From: Alphaproteobacteria bacterium
GTDB taxonomy: Bacteria; Pseudomonadota; Alphaproteobacteria; MPNO01
Assembly: GCA_964291675.2 (NCBI GenBank)
Contig: OZ219866.1
Span: forward strand, 1,792,001-1,856,000
Direction: 5' to 3'
Length of the DNA: 64,000 nt
Part shown: positions 1 to 9,847 of the stretch, piece after piece
How the letters are laid out: every line of letters starts with the position of its first letter
Numbering within the stretch: position 1 is the stretch's first letter
The notes under the pieces: generated by a model
The model's database searches: none
Told to the model about the DNA's origin: nothing
What the model saw: only the letters and a program-made list of their open reading frames with translations
Made by a program: the position numbers and the translations under genes

Positions 1-1368
1 CGCGGTGCCGCCGTAGCTGTCGCGCGCCGCGACCGCGCGGTCGACCCGGAGCACGTCGTAGACCTCCTCCGTCAGCCCCGGCTCTATCCTTCTCAATGTC
101 TCGATGGGCAGCCCGGAGAGGTCGCAGCCGGCTTCCTCGGCGCATCTCACCAGCGCGCCGGTGATCCGGTGCGCCTCGCGAAACGGCATGTCGCGTTCGC
201 ACACCAGCCAGTCGGCGAGGTCCGTCGCGGTGACGAAACCCCGCTCCGCCGCGCTGCGCATCGCGCCGGCGTCGAACTCGGCATCGCGCATCATCCCGGT
301 CATCGCCGAGATCGCGAGGCCCAGCGTATCGGCCGCGTCGAACAGCGGCTCCTTGTCCTCCTGCATGTCTTTCGAATAGGCGAGCGGCAGCCCCTTCATG
401 ACCACCAGCAGGGAGGCGAGCGCGCCGACGATGCGGCCGGTCTTGGCGCGCACCAGCTCGGCCGCATCGGGGTTGCGCTTTTGCGGCATGATCGACGAGC
501 CCGTGGTGAAGCCGTCGCTCAGCCGGGCGAAACCGAACTGTGCCGAGCACCAGAGCACCAGCTCCTCGCCGAGCCGCGACAAATGAGACGCGGCGATCGC
601 CGCGGTGGCCAGGAATTCGAGCACGAAATCGCGATCCGAGACCGCGTCCAGCGCGTTCGCCGCCGGCCGGTCGAAGCCGAGCGAAGCCGCCGTCCTGTCC
701 CGGTCGATCGGGTAGGGCGTGCCGGCGAGTGCCGCGGCGCCGAGCGGGGACTCGTTCAACCGTCTGCGCGCATCCGCCAGCCGCCCGCGATCGCGCCCGA
801 ACATCTCGACATAGGCGAGCAGGTGATGGCCGAGGGTGATCGGCTGCGCCGCCTGGAGATGGGTGAACCCCGGCATCACGCTGGATGCGTGCTGTTCCGC
901 CCGGTCGATCAGCACGGCCTGCAGCCCGCGCAGCGCGTGCTGTGCCGCGTCGATGGTGTCGCGCAGCCACAGCCTGAGGTCGGTCGCCACCTGGTCGTTG
1001 CGGGAACGCGCGGTGTGCAGGCGTCCGGCGGCCGGGCCGATCAGCTCGGCCAGCCGGGCCTCGACATTCATGTGAATGTCCTCGCGGCGGCGCGAGAACG
1101 CGAACTTGCCGGCGTCGATCTCGTCCATGATCCGGTCGAGCCCCGAGAGCATGGCGTCGCCATCCGCCTCGCTCACGATCCCGCAGGCGACCAGCATCTC
1201 GCAATGCGCTTTCGAGGCCCCTATATCATGCGCGTAGAGCCGCTTGTCGAAGTCGATGGAGGCGTTGATCCGCTCCATGACCTCGCTGGGTTCGGCCCCG
1301 AAACGGCCGCCCCAGAGCGCCGACGAGCCCGGAGGGACGGATTTCGGATGGGATGGGGTGTCGTTCAT
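1..1368 (-). CDS. argH: Argininosuccinate lyase (3' end runs off the window)
   Basis: Manual minus-strand translation from ATG at 1368 gives [23 protein letters not shown]...[15 protein letters not shown], the internal [12 protein letters not shown] signature and a terminal SYGGTA. Missing from the ORF track because the stop lies outside the window. Confidence 0.95.
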   Translation of the reverse strand, partial: MNDTPSHPKSVPPGSSALWGGRFGAEPSEVMERINASIDFDKRLYAHDIGASKAHCEMLVACGIVSEADGDAMLSGLDRIMDEIDAGKFAFSRRREDIHMNVEARLAELIGPAAGRLHTARSRNDQVATDLRLWLRDTIDAAQHALRGLQAVLIDRAEQHASSVMPGFTHLQAAQPITLGHHLLAYVEMFGRDRGRLADARRRLNESPLGAAALAGTPYPIDRDRTAASLGFDRPAANALDAVSDRDFVLEFLATAAIAASHLSRLGEELVLWCSAQFGFARLSDGFTTGSSIMPQKRNPDAAELVRAKTGRIVGALASLLVVMKGLPLAYSKDMQEDKEPLFDAADTLGLAISAMTGMMRDAEFDAGAMRSAAERGFVTATDLADWLVCERDMPFREAHRITGALVRCAEEAGCDLSGLPIETLRRIEPGLTEEVYDVLRVDRAVAARDSYGGTA

Positions 1369-1383
1369 CGGTCTTCGGGACTC

Positions 1384-1935
1384 ATGGGGCGGCGCGCGTT
1401 CGGCGCCACGCTGTCGATCGCGGCGTTCGCCTGGTTGCTCCTCCCGGCGGACGCCGCGGCAACGCCGCCCCGCACCGGCTGGATGCAGAACTTTACCGTC
1501 GCCGAGACCGGCCCGCCAGCGCCGGCCACGGCATTCACCGGCCGGAACGGCGAGAGCTATACGCTGGAAGAGTTCCGCGGCAAAGTGGTTCTGGTGAATT
1601 TCTGGGCCACCTGGTGCGGTCCCTGCGTCCGCGAGCTGCCCTCGCTCAAGCGCCTGAACGCCCGCCTCGGCGGAGACCGGTTCGCCGTTCTCGCGCTATC
1701 CCAGGACCTCGGCGGCTGGGCCCGGATCGCGCCGTTCTGGCAAAAGCACGGGCTCGACGGGCTGACGGCGTACCACGATCCCAAGGCGCGCGCCGCCCGC
1801 GCCGCGAAAATCCGCGGACTGCCGACGACGGTGCTGTACGGCCGCGACGGGCGCGAGCTCGGCCGGCTTGTCGGCCACGCCGAGTGGGATTCGGACGAAG
1901 CCCTGGCGCTATTGCGGCACTATATCGAGGGCTAG
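1384..1935 (+). CDS. tlpA: TlpA/ResA-family thiol-disulfide oxidoreductase
   Basis: C-terminal part of ORF 169..1935. N-terminal hydrophobic anchor, [13 protein letters not shown] and GLPTT motifs. Divergent from argH, as is common in Alphaproteobacteria. Confidence 0.88.
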   Translation: MGRRAFGATLSIAAFAWLLLPADAAATPPRTGWMQNFTVAETGPPAPATAFTGRNGESYTLEEFRGKVVLVNFWATWCGPCVRELPSLKRLNARLGGDRFAVLALSQDLGGWARIAPFWQKHGLDGLTAYHDPKARAARAAKIRGLPTTVLYGRDGRELGRLVGHAEWDSDEALALLRHYIEG

Positions 1936-2759
1936 ACGCGCCACTCCGCCAGGCAGCAGCCGATCAGCGCCTCCGGCATCGGGATGTAGTCGACCATGTC
2001 GAAGCCCTTGCTGCCGGCGGCGGCGTGCGAGACCACCCAGGCGCGCAGCTCCGCCCCGCCATTGCCGGTGTGTTCCAGCATCGCGTCGAGCTCGGCGGCC
2101 AGCCGTTCGTCCGGGGCGTTGCGGAACAGATCGATGCAGGCATGGTCGAACCTCTCGTCGATCCACCCCATGGTGGTCTCGCCGATCGAATGGCTGAGCC
2201 CCCCGGTGCCGAGCACCGCGACCCTTATGTCTTCCGGATAGCTCTCGATCGCCCGGCGCACCATCCGGCCCCAGGCGAGGCAGCGCCGGGGCGAAGGGAA
2301 GGGCTTCTCCACCAGGTTGATGAAGACCGGCACGATGGGCAGCCCGGGATCGAGGCCGAACTGCCAGATCGGCACGCACATGCCGTGATCGAGCTTGAGG
2401 CGCAGCGAATAGGCGGGGTCGAAATCGGCGGCGAAGGCCTCTTCCAGAATGTGACGGCCGAGCCCCTCGTGCCCGGGCAGGGTCTCGTGCGGATAGACCG
2501 GCTTCATGAACGGTTCCGGCGGCCCTTCGTGCTCGGCGCCGATGCCGACGCAGAACGCGGGCATCGCGTCGAGGAAGAAATTGACCCAGTGATCGGTCGA
2601 ATGGATCACCAGCACATCGGGTCTCGCCGCCTTGAGGCGGTCGCCGAGATCGCCGAAGCGGGTTACCACCCAGTCCCGCGTCTCGTGTTTCAGGGTATCC
2701 CAGTTGCGCGCGATGTTGGGCCCGTGCGAGGCCGCGAAGCTGCCGACGAACTCAGCCAT
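1932..2759 (-). CDS. Class III extradiol ring-cleavage dioxygenase, LigB-like beta subunit
   Basis: ASHGP, DHWVNFF, LDHG, GTGGLSH and GAELRAW motifs supply the His/His/Glu Fe ligands of the LigB/MhpB family. Confidence 0.85.
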   Translation of the reverse strand: MAEFVGSFAASHGPNIARNWDTLKHETRDWVVTRFGDLGDRLKAARPDVLVIHSTDHWVNFFLDAMPAFCVGIGAEHEGPPEPFMKPVYPHETLPGHEGLGRHILEEAFAADFDPAYSLRLKLDHGMCVPIWQFGLDPGLPIVPVFINLVEKPFPSPRRCLAWGRMVRRAIESYPEDIRVAVLGTGGLSHSIGETTMGWIDERFDHACIDLFRNAPDERLAAELDAMLEHTGNGGAELRAWVVSHAAAGSKGFDMVDYIPMPEALIGCCLAEWRV

Positions 2760-3033
2760 TTGCCACCCTCCGCTCGTCCTCGTCGGTACGGAGCGCGCTC
2801 AGCGCCTCGATCGACCCCGCGTCGTCATAGCCGCAGATCAGCAGGTAGAACCGCAGCAGATAGGGGTTGGCGTGCGGCTGGATCTTCGCCAGGTCGTCGT
2901 CCATCAGGGCCTGGCGCATCTCCGGCGCGAACGGGTAGCCGTCCAGCACCGCCGCGCGGTCGTCGCGCCAGCGCTCCTTCCCGCCCGGACCCTGAAGGTC
3001 GAACATCAGCTTGTTGAGCCAATAGTCGGTCAT
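2752..3033 (-). CDS. LigA-like small (alpha) subunit of the extradiol dioxygenase
   Basis: 93 aa with YWLNKLMFDL and NPYLL. Overlaps the start of the LigB-like gene; GGAGG RBS upstream. Confidence 0.75.
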   Translation of the reverse strand: MTDYWLNKLMFDLQGPGGKERWRDDRAAVLDGYPFAPEMRQALMDDDLAKIQPHANPYLLRFYLLICGYDDAGSIEALSALRTDEDERRVANG

Positions 3034-3112
3034 CGCGGCCTCCGCGTCGCGCTCATCGTCGCATGCGCCGGATTGTAGACCCCGCGGGCGGCGATGCCGA
3101 CCGCAAAACGAC

Positions 3113-4027
3113 TCAACGGGTGGGCGTCGGGGTATCGCCCGAATAGTCGTAGAAACCGCGACCCGTCTTGCGGCCGAGCCAGCCCGCCTCGACGTATTTC
3201 ACCAGCAGCGGGCAGGGCCGGTACTTGGTGTCGGCGAGGCCCTCGTAGAGCACCTGCATCACCGCGAGGCAGGTGTCGAGGCCGATGAAGTCGGCGAGCT
3301 GCAGGGGTCCCATCGGATGGTTGGCGCCGAGCCGCATGGCGTTGTCGATCGCTTCCACGGAGCCCACGCCCTCGTGCAGGGTGTACACCGCCTCGTTGAG
3401 CATCGGCAGCAGGATGCGGTTGACGATGAAGGCGGGGAAGTCCTCGGAATTGACCGGCGTCTTGCCGAGCGCGAAGGTGAGCGCCTCGATCGCCTCGAAG
3501 GTCTCCCGCGCGGTGGCGATGCCCGGGATCAGCTCGACGAGCTGCATCGCCGGCACCGGGTTCATGAAGTGCATCCCCATGAACCGCGCCGGCCGGTCGG
3601 TCGCGGCGCCGAGACGGGTGATCGAGATCGACGAGGTGTTGGAGGCGATGATCGCATCGTCCCCGATCTCGGCGACGACGCGCTTGTAGATCTCCCGCTT
3701 GACCTCCTCGTTCTCGGTCGCCGCCTCGATGATCAGGTCGCAATCGGCGAACAGGCTGTATCCGGACCCGGTCTCGATCCGCGCCAGCGCCTCGGCCTTC
3801 TGGTCCCCGGTCATGCGGTTGCGGCGGACCTGGCGATCGTAGTTGGCCGCGATCGCGTCCAGCGCCTTGTCCACCTGGTCCTTCGAAATGTCGCCCAGCA
3901 CGACATCGAAGCCATGCGCCGCGCAGACATTGGCGATACCGCTGCCCATCTGGCCGGCGCCGATGACGCCCACCTTGCGAATCGGAACCGCGTCGATCGA
4001 CGCGGGGCTCGCCGCGGCCGCGCTCAT
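3113..4027 (-). CDS. hbd: 3-hydroxybutyryl-CoA dehydrogenase
   Basis: GVIGAGQMGSG Rossmann motif, SNTSSISIT, GMHFMNP, HPMGPLQLADFIGLD. Confidence 0.93.
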   Translation of the reverse strand: MSAAAASPASIDAVPIRKVGVIGAGQMGSGIANVCAAHGFDVVLGDISKDQVDKALDAIAANYDRQVRRNRMTGDQKAEALARIETGSGYSLFADCDLIIEAATENEEVKREIYKRVVAEIGDDAIIASNTSSISITRLGAATDRPARFMGMHFMNPVPAMQLVELIPGIATARETFEAIEALTFALGKTPVNSEDFPAFIVNRILLPMLNEAVYTLHEGVGSVEAIDNAMRLGANHPMGPLQLADFIGLDTCLAVMQVLYEGLADTKYRPCPLLVKYVEAGWLGRKTGRGFYDYSGDTPTPTR

Positions 4028-4974
4028 CGCGGCTTGACCCCGGCCTTGTCCAACGCCTCGGCGAGCGCCGGCAGCGCCTTGAACAGATCGTCGACCAGGC
4101 CGTAATCGGCGATCTGGACCATCGGCGCCTCCTCGTCCTTGTTGATGGCGACGATGACCTTGCTGTCCTTCATGCCGGCCAGATGCTGGATCGCGCCCGA
4201 GATGCCGACCGCGATGTAGAGCTCGGGCGCCACCACCTTGCCGGTCTGGCCGACCTGGAAGTCGTTCGGCCGGTAGCCCGCATCCACCGCCGCCCGCGAC
4301 GCGCCCACCGCGGCGCCGAGCCGGTCGGCGATGCCCTCCACCAGATGAAAGTTCTCCGAGGACTGCATGCCGCGCCCGCCGGAGACCACGACCCGGGCGC
4401 TGGTGAGCTCGGGGCGCTCGGACTTGGAAAGCTCCTGGCGCAGGAACTTCGACAGCGCCTGCCCCTCGGCCGGGGCCACGGGTTCGACCGCCGCGTCGCC
4501 GTCCAGCGCGGCCGCGGCGAAGGCGGTGCCGCGGACGGTGATCACCTTGATCGGGTCGCGCGAGCGCACCGTCGCCATCGCGTTGCCGGCATAGATCGGG
4601 CGCACGAAGGTGTCCGCCCCAAGCACCTCGACGATGTCGGAGATCTGGGCCACGTCGAGCAGCGCGGCGACCCTCGGGGCGAGGTTCTTGCCGGTGGTGT
4701 TGGCCGGGAACAGGATCTCGGAATACTCGCCGGCGAGAGCGACCACCAGCGGGGCCACCGCCTCGGCGAGCAGGTGATCGTAGGCCGCGTCGTCGGCGTG
4801 GCGGACGCGGGCGATGCCGGCGATCTTCGCCGCCTGCCGGGCGACCGGGGCGGTTCCGCCGCCCGCCACCAGGACGTCGACCGCGCCGTCGAACGCGGCT
4901 GCGGCGGTCGCCGCATTCAGCGTCGCCGGGTCGAGCGCCGCGCCGTCATGCGCGGCGATGACAAGGGCCGCCAT
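4024..4974 (-). CDS. etfA: Electron transfer flavoprotein alpha subunit
   Basis: [45 protein letters not shown] at 4974 overlaps the etfB stop. Confidence 0.95.
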   Translation of the reverse strand: MAALVIAAHDGAALDPATLNAATAAAAFDGAVDVLVAGGGTAPVARQAAKIAGIARVRHADDAAYDHLLAEAVAPLVVALAGEYSEILFPANTTGKNLAPRVAALLDVAQISDIVEVLGADTFVRPIYAGNAMATVRSRDPIKVITVRGTAFAAAALDGDAAVEPVAPAEGQALSKFLRQELSKSERPELTSARVVVSGGRGMQSSENFHLVEGIADRLGAAVGASRAAVDAGYRPNDFQVGQTGKVVAPELYIAVGISGAIQHLAGMKDSKVIVAINKDEEAPMVQIADYGLVDDLFKALPALAEALDKAGVKPR

Positions 4975-5723
4975 CAGATCACCCCCGCCTCGTTCTTGAG
5001 CTTGTCGACCAGCTCCTCCACGTCGGCGACCCGCCTGCCGCCGGCCCGGCCCGGGGGGTCCTCCACCTTCAGCGTTTCCAGCCGGGGCGCCACGTCGACC
5101 CCGAGCTCGTCCACGGCGATCTGGTCGATCGGCTTCTTCTTGGCCTTCATGATATTGGGCAGCGATGCGTAGCGCGGCTCGTTGAGCCGGAGGTCGGTGG
5201 TGACCACCGCCGGAACGGCGAGCCCCACCGTCTCCAGCCCGCCATCGACCTCGCGCGTCACCTCGGCGCCCTCGCCGGTCAGCACGATGTCGGACGCGAA
5301 GGTGCCCTGCGGCCAGCCGAGCAGGGCTGCCAGCATCTGGCCGGTCTGGTTGCTGTCGTCGTCGATCGCCTGCTTGCCGAGGATCACCAGCTCCGGGCTC
5401 TCGCGCTCGACCAGCGCCCTGAACAGCTTGGCGACGGCGAGCGGCTGCAGCTCCTCGTCGGTGATCACATGGATGCCGCGGTCCGCCCCCATGGCGAGCG
5501 CGGTGCGGATGGTCTCCTGGCACTGCCGCACGCCCATCGAGACCGCGACGATCTCATCCGCCGTGCCCGCCTCCTTCATGCGGATCGCCTCCTCGACGGC
5601 GATCTCGTCGAACGGGTTCATCGACATCTTGACATTGGCCGTCTCGACGCCGGTCCCGTCGGCCCTGACGCGGACCTTGACGTTGTAGTCGACGACCCGT
5701 TTGACACCGACAAGTACCTTCAT
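4974..5723 (-). CDS. etfB: Electron transfer flavoprotein beta subunit
   Basis: [58 protein letters not shown]. Confidence 0.95.
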   Translation of the reverse strand: MKVLVGVKRVVDYNVKVRVRADGTGVETANVKMSMNPFDEIAVEEAIRMKEAGTADEIVAVSMGVRQCQETIRTALAMGADRGIHVITDEELQPLAVAKLFRALVERESPELVILGKQAIDDDSNQTGQMLAALLGWPQGTFASDIVLTGEGAEVTREVDGGLETVGLAVPAVVTTDLRLNEPRYASLPNIMKAKKKPIDQIAVDELGVDVAPRLETLKVEDPPGRAGGRRVADVEELVDKLKNEAGVI

Positions 5724-5816
5724 GGAAGGGCTTTCCCGAATCCTGAGAGGGTCATGGAGAGAACGCCGCGGCGGCGTCCGAGGCCGTCCAACCATCGGCT
5801 TCCCACCGAGGCGCCG

Positions 5817-5846
5817 AACATAGTGTCCGGCGGTTCAAACTGTCAA
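5817..5846 (-). promoter_or_regulatory. Candidate sigma70 promoter for etfB-etfA-hbd
   Basis: Minus strand reads TTGACA-N18-TATGTT about 95 nt upstream of the etfB ATG. Confidence 0.5.
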
Positions 5847-5863
5847 CGAACCGCGCCGCAGGC

Positions 5864-6061
5864 TCACTCCCGGCCGAACAGCACGGCGAGAGCCACCAGG
5901 GCGATGGCGCCGAATTGCAGGATCACCCGGGCCTGCATGAACCTGTTGCCGTATTTTCGGTTGAACTCGCCGCCGCGCGCCATGCTGATCAGGCCCATGG
6001 CGAGGACGCCCAGCACGGCGGCGAGGGCGACGGCGATCAGGACCGAGCCGGTGGTCGTCAT
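5864..6061 (-). CDS. Twin transmembrane helix small protein (HIG1-like)
   Basis: 65 aa, two hydrophobic helices flanking GGEFNRKYGNRFMQARVILQ. Position upstream of etfB is typical. Confidence 0.8.
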   Translation of the reverse strand: MTTTGSVLIAVALAAVLGVLAMGLISMARGGEFNRKYGNRFMQARVILQFGAIALVALAVLFGRE

Positions 6062-6135
6062 GGCCGAGATATACGGGCCACGGCGCAGGCCCGCCAGCGA
6101 ATTCGAGCACCTGCCCGCCATGCTATAAGGCGGCC

Positions 6136-6981
6136 ATGGGCTTCCTCGACCGCATCGCCGAGTGCAACGCGCACGACCTCTCGGGCTTCCTGCCGTTTTG
6201 CATCGGCGATGCCCGGCCCGGCTGGGTGAAGCCCGGCTTCGCCCGCCGCCTGGCGGCGTTTCCCGAAACCTTCGCGGTCGACCAGGCGGGCGTGCGGACG
6301 GTCCCGGCGCTGGACGATTTCGAGTCCCGGACCGGAGCCGTGGAAGCGGTTGTGCGCGCGCTGTCCGATGCCGGGACGATGGGGCGCTGGCGCGACGAGG
6401 CGTATCCCGTGGGCGGTACGCTCGCCGGCCCGCATCTGATGCTGATGGACCGTTCGGCGATCCCCTATTTCGGGGTTCGCGCGTTTGGCGTCCATGTCAA
6501 CGGCTATGTTCGCGACGGCTCCCGCATCCTGATGTGGGTCGCCCGCCGCGCCCGGGACAAGGCGACCTATCCCGGCATGCTCGACAATTTCGTCGCCGGC
6601 GGGCAGCCCGCGGGGATCGGGCTGATGGACAACGTGATCAAGGAGGCCGGCGAGGAGGCCGGGGTTCCCGCCGAGCTCGCCGCCACGGCGCGGCCGGTGG
6701 GGGCGGTGACCTACTGCCAGGAGACCGCCGACGGGCTGAAGCCCGATGCGATGTATTGCTACGACCTCGAACTGCCCGCCGCGTTCGAGCCCGAACCCAA
6801 GGACGGCGAGATCCAGGAGTTCCATCTCTGGCCGGTCGAGCGGGTGATGGAGACCGTGGCCGAGACCGCCGAGTTCAAGTTCAACTGCAATCTCGTCTGC
6901 ATCGACTTCTTCGTCCGCCATGGGCTGATCGGTCCGGAATCCCGGGAATACTTGGATATTTTGCGCGGGCTCCGGCACTGA
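6136..6981 (+). CDS. DUF4743-domain Nudix hydrolase
   Basis: [24 protein letters not shown] and a KEAGEEAG Nudix box, FKFNCNLV. Confidence 0.85.
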   Translation: MGFLDRIAECNAHDLSGFLPFCIGDARPGWVKPGFARRLAAFPETFAVDQAGVRTVPALDDFESRTGAVEAVVRALSDAGTMGRWRDEAYPVGGTLAGPHLMLMDRSAIPYFGVRAFGVHVNGYVRDGSRILMWVARRARDKATYPGMLDNFVAGGQPAGIGLMDNVIKEAGEEAGVPAELAATARPVGAVTYCQETADGLKPDAMYCYDLELPAAFEPEPKDGEIQEFHLWPVERVMETVAETAEFKFNCNLVCIDFFVRHGLIGPESREYLDILRGLRH

Positions 6982-7061
6982 ATTCGGGTAATGCGCGGCC
7001 GGCACAAGTTTTGTACGGTGCGCGCCGTCCCACCTGCTCGCTGACCCCGCGGGAGCGGCCG

Positions 7062-8234
7062 ATGCTGCGCAACGCCTTTCCCAGCCTCGATTTCGATCTC
7101 GGCGAGACCGCCGGGATGCTGCGCGAGAGCGTCGCCGATTTCGCCGCGGTCGAGATCGCCCCGCGCGCCGCCGGGATCGACGAGAGCAACGAATTCCCGG
7201 CCGATCTGTGGCGCAAGATGGGCGGGCTCGGCCTGCTCGGCATCACCGTCGAGGAGGACTATGGCGGCGCCGGGATGGGCTATCTCGAACATGTCGTGGC
7301 GATGGAGGAGGTGAGCCGCGGCTCCGCCTCCGTCGGGCTCTCCTACGGCGCGCACTCCAATCTCTGCGTCAACCAGATCCGCCGCAACGGCACCGACGCG
7401 CAGAAGCGGCGCTATCTGCCCAGGCTGATTTCCGGCGAGCATGTCGGCGCGCTGGCGATGAGCGAGCCGGGCGCGGGCTCCGACGTGGTCTCCATGCGGC
7501 TCCGCGCCGAGCGCAAGCGTGACCGCTTCGTCCTCAACGGCACCAAGATGTGGATCACCAACGGGCCCGACGCCGACACGCTCGTGGTCTACGCCAAGAC
7601 CGACCCCGATTCCGGGCCGCGCGGGATTACCGCCTTCCTGGTCGAGAAGGGGTTTGCCGGCTTCTCGACCGCGCAGAAGCTCGACAAGCTCGGCATGCGC
7701 GGCTCCAACACGTGCGAGCTGGTGTTCGAGGACTGCGAGGTGCCGGAAGACAACGTGCTCGGCGCCGTCGGCGGGGGCGTCGCCGTGCTGATGAGCGGGC
7801 TCGACTACGAGCGCGCGGTGCTCGCCGGCGGCCCGCTCGGCATCATGCAGGCCTGCCTCGATGCGGTCATTCCCTATGTCCACGAACGCCGGCAATTCGG
7901 CCAGCCGATCGGCGAGTTCCAGCTCATCCAGGGCAAGATCGCCGACATGTACACAATCGCCAATGCCAGCCGCGCCTATGTCTATGCCGTCGCCAGGGCC
8001 TGCGACCGCGGCGAGACCTCGCGCAAGGACGCCGCCGGCGCCATCCTCTACGCCGCCGAGCGGGCGACCGCGCTGGCGCTGGACGCGATCCAGATCCTCG
8101 GCGGCAACGGCTATATCAACGAGTATCCCACCGGCCGGCTGCTGCGCGATGCCAAGCTCTACGAGATCGGCGCCGGAACCAGCGAGATCCGCCGCATGCT
8201 GATCGGCCGGGAGCTGTTCCGCGAGACCGCCTGA
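7062..8234 (+). CDS. ivd: Isovaleryl-CoA dehydrogenase
   Basis: [58 protein letters not shown]. Confidence 0.95.
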   Translation: MLRNAFPSLDFDLGETAGMLRESVADFAAVEIAPRAAGIDESNEFPADLWRKMGGLGLLGITVEEDYGGAGMGYLEHVVAMEEVSRGSASVGLSYGAHSNLCVNQIRRNGTDAQKRRYLPRLISGEHVGALAMSEPGAGSDVVSMRLRAERKRDRFVLNGTKMWITNGPDADTLVVYAKTDPDSGPRGITAFLVEKGFAGFSTAQKLDKLGMRGSNTCELVFEDCEVPEDNVLGAVGGGVAVLMSGLDYERAVLAGGPLGIMQACLDAVIPYVHERRQFGQPIGEFQLIQGKIADMYTIANASRAYVYAVARACDRGETSRKDAAGAILYAAERATALALDAIQILGGNGYINEYPTGRLLRDAKLYEIGAGTSEIRRMLIGRELFRETA

Positions 8235-9841
8235 TGCCGGCGATCGGCAGCAAGGCCGACCGCCGCTCCGAGGATTTCAGGGCCAACGGCGCGGCCATGG
8301 AACAGGCGGTGGCCGAGCTTCGCCGCGTCGTCGCCGCCATCGCCGAGGGCGGAGGCGAGCGGGCGCGGCAACGCCACATCGCGCGTGGCAAGATGCTGCC
8401 GCGCGAGCGCATCGACCGCCTGGTCGACCCGGGCGCGCCGTTCCTCGAACTGTCCCAGCTCGCCGCGCACCGGGTCTATGACGAGGATGTCCCGGCGGCG
8501 GGGCTGATCGCCGGCATCGGGCCGGTGATGGGAACCGAATGCCTGATCGTCGCCAACGACGCGACGGTGAAGGGCGGCACCTACTTCCCCCTCACGGTGA
8601 AGAAGCACCTGCGCGCCCAGGACATCGCGCGCGAGAACAACCTGCCCTGCATCTACCTCGTCGATTCCGGCGGCGCCAACCTGCCGCGCCAGGACGAGGT
8701 GTTTCCCGACCGCGACCATTTCGGGCGCATCTTCTACAACCAGGCCACGATGTCCGCCGCCGGGATACCGCAGATCGCCGCCGTCATGGGCTCCTGCACG
8801 GCGGGCGGCGCCTATGTGCCGGCGATGTCCGACGAGGCGGTGATCGTCCGCAACCAGGGCACGATATTTCTCGGCGGCCCGCCGCTGGTGAAGGCCGCGA
8901 CCGGGGAGGTGGTCAGCGCCGAGGCGCTCGGCGGCGCCGACGTGCATGCCCGCGAGTCCGGCGTCGCCGACCATTACGCCGAGAACGACGCCCATGCGAT
9001 CGCCATCCTGCGCCGCGCCGTCGCCGCGCTGAACCGGGCCAAGCGGATCGATCTCGTCTGCCGCCCTCCCGCCGAGCCCGCGCACGACCCGGCCGAGCTC
9101 GCCGGCATCGTCCCCGCGGACTTCCGCAAGCCCTACGAAATGCGCGAGGTCATCGCGCGTATCGTGGACGCGAGCGAGTTCGACGAGTTCAAGGCGCTCT
9201 ACGGGACCACGCTGGTCACCGGCTTCGCCCATATCTTCGGCTATCCGGTGGGCATCGTCGCCAATAACGGCATCCTGTTCTCGGAGTCCGCGCTCAAGGG
9301 GGCGCATTTCGTGGAGCTCTGCTGTCAGCGCGGCATTCCCCTGGTGTTCCTGCAGAACATCACCGGCTTCATGATCGGGCGGCGATACGAGGCCGGCGGC
9401 ATCGCCAAGGACGGCGCCAAGCTGGTCACCGCGGTCGCCTGCGCCCGGGTGCCCAAGTTCACCGTCATCGTCGGCGGCAGCTTCGGCGCGGGGAATTACG
9501 GCATGTGCGGCCGGGCCTACGGGCCGCGCTTCCTCTACATGTGGCCCAACGCGCGGATCTCCGTGATGGGTGGGGAGCAGGCCGCCAACGTGCTCGGCCA
9601 GGTCCGCCGCGACGCGCTGGAGGCCGAGGGCGGCTCGTGGTCGGAGGAGGACGAGGAGGCGTTCAAGGCGCCGATCCGCGATCGGTACGAGCGCCAGGGC
9701 AACCCGTTCTACGCCAGCGCGCGGCTGTGGGACGACGGGGTGATCGAGCCGGCCGAGACCCGGTCGGTGCTCGGCCTCAGCATCTCCGCGGCGCTGAACG
9801 CGCCGATCGAGCGCACCCGGTTCGGCGTCTTCAGGATGTAG
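8234..9841 (+). CDS. mccB: Methylcrotonyl-CoA carboxylase beta (carboxyltransferase) subunit
   Basis: [35 protein letters not shown]-terminal FGVFRM. Translationally coupled to ivd. Confidence 0.93.
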   Translation: MPAIGSKADRRSEDFRANGAAMEQAVAELRRVVAAIAEGGGERARQRHIARGKMLPRERIDRLVDPGAPFLELSQLAAHRVYDEDVPAAGLIAGIGPVMGTECLIVANDATVKGGTYFPLTVKKHLRAQDIARENNLPCIYLVDSGGANLPRQDEVFPDRDHFGRIFYNQATMSAAGIPQIAAVMGSCTAGGAYVPAMSDEAVIVRNQGTIFLGGPPLVKAATGEVVSAEALGGADVHARESGVADHYAENDAHAIAILRRAVAALNRAKRIDLVCRPPAEPAHDPAELAGIVPADFRKPYEMREVIARIVDASEFDEFKALYGTTLVTGFAHIFGYPVGIVANNGILFSESALKGAHFVELCCQRGIPLVFLQNITGFMIGRRYEAGGIAKDGAKLVTAVACARVPKFTVIVGGSFGAGNYGMCGRAYGPRFLYMWPNARISVMGGEQAANVLGQVRRDALEAEGGSWSEEDEEAFKAPIRDRYERQGNPFYASARLWDDGVIEPAETRSVLGLSISAALNAPIERTRFGVFRM

Positions 9842-9847
9842 CAGCGG

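Noticed and set aside
169-1383. N-terminal 405 aa of ORF 169..1935
   Set aside because: Antisense shadow of argH. The real TlpA-like gene starts at 1384.
7000-7016. Sigma54-like promoter CGGCAC-N5-TTGT upstream of ivd
   Set aside because: The conserved GC at -12 reads GT, and no enhancer-binding protein is nearby.
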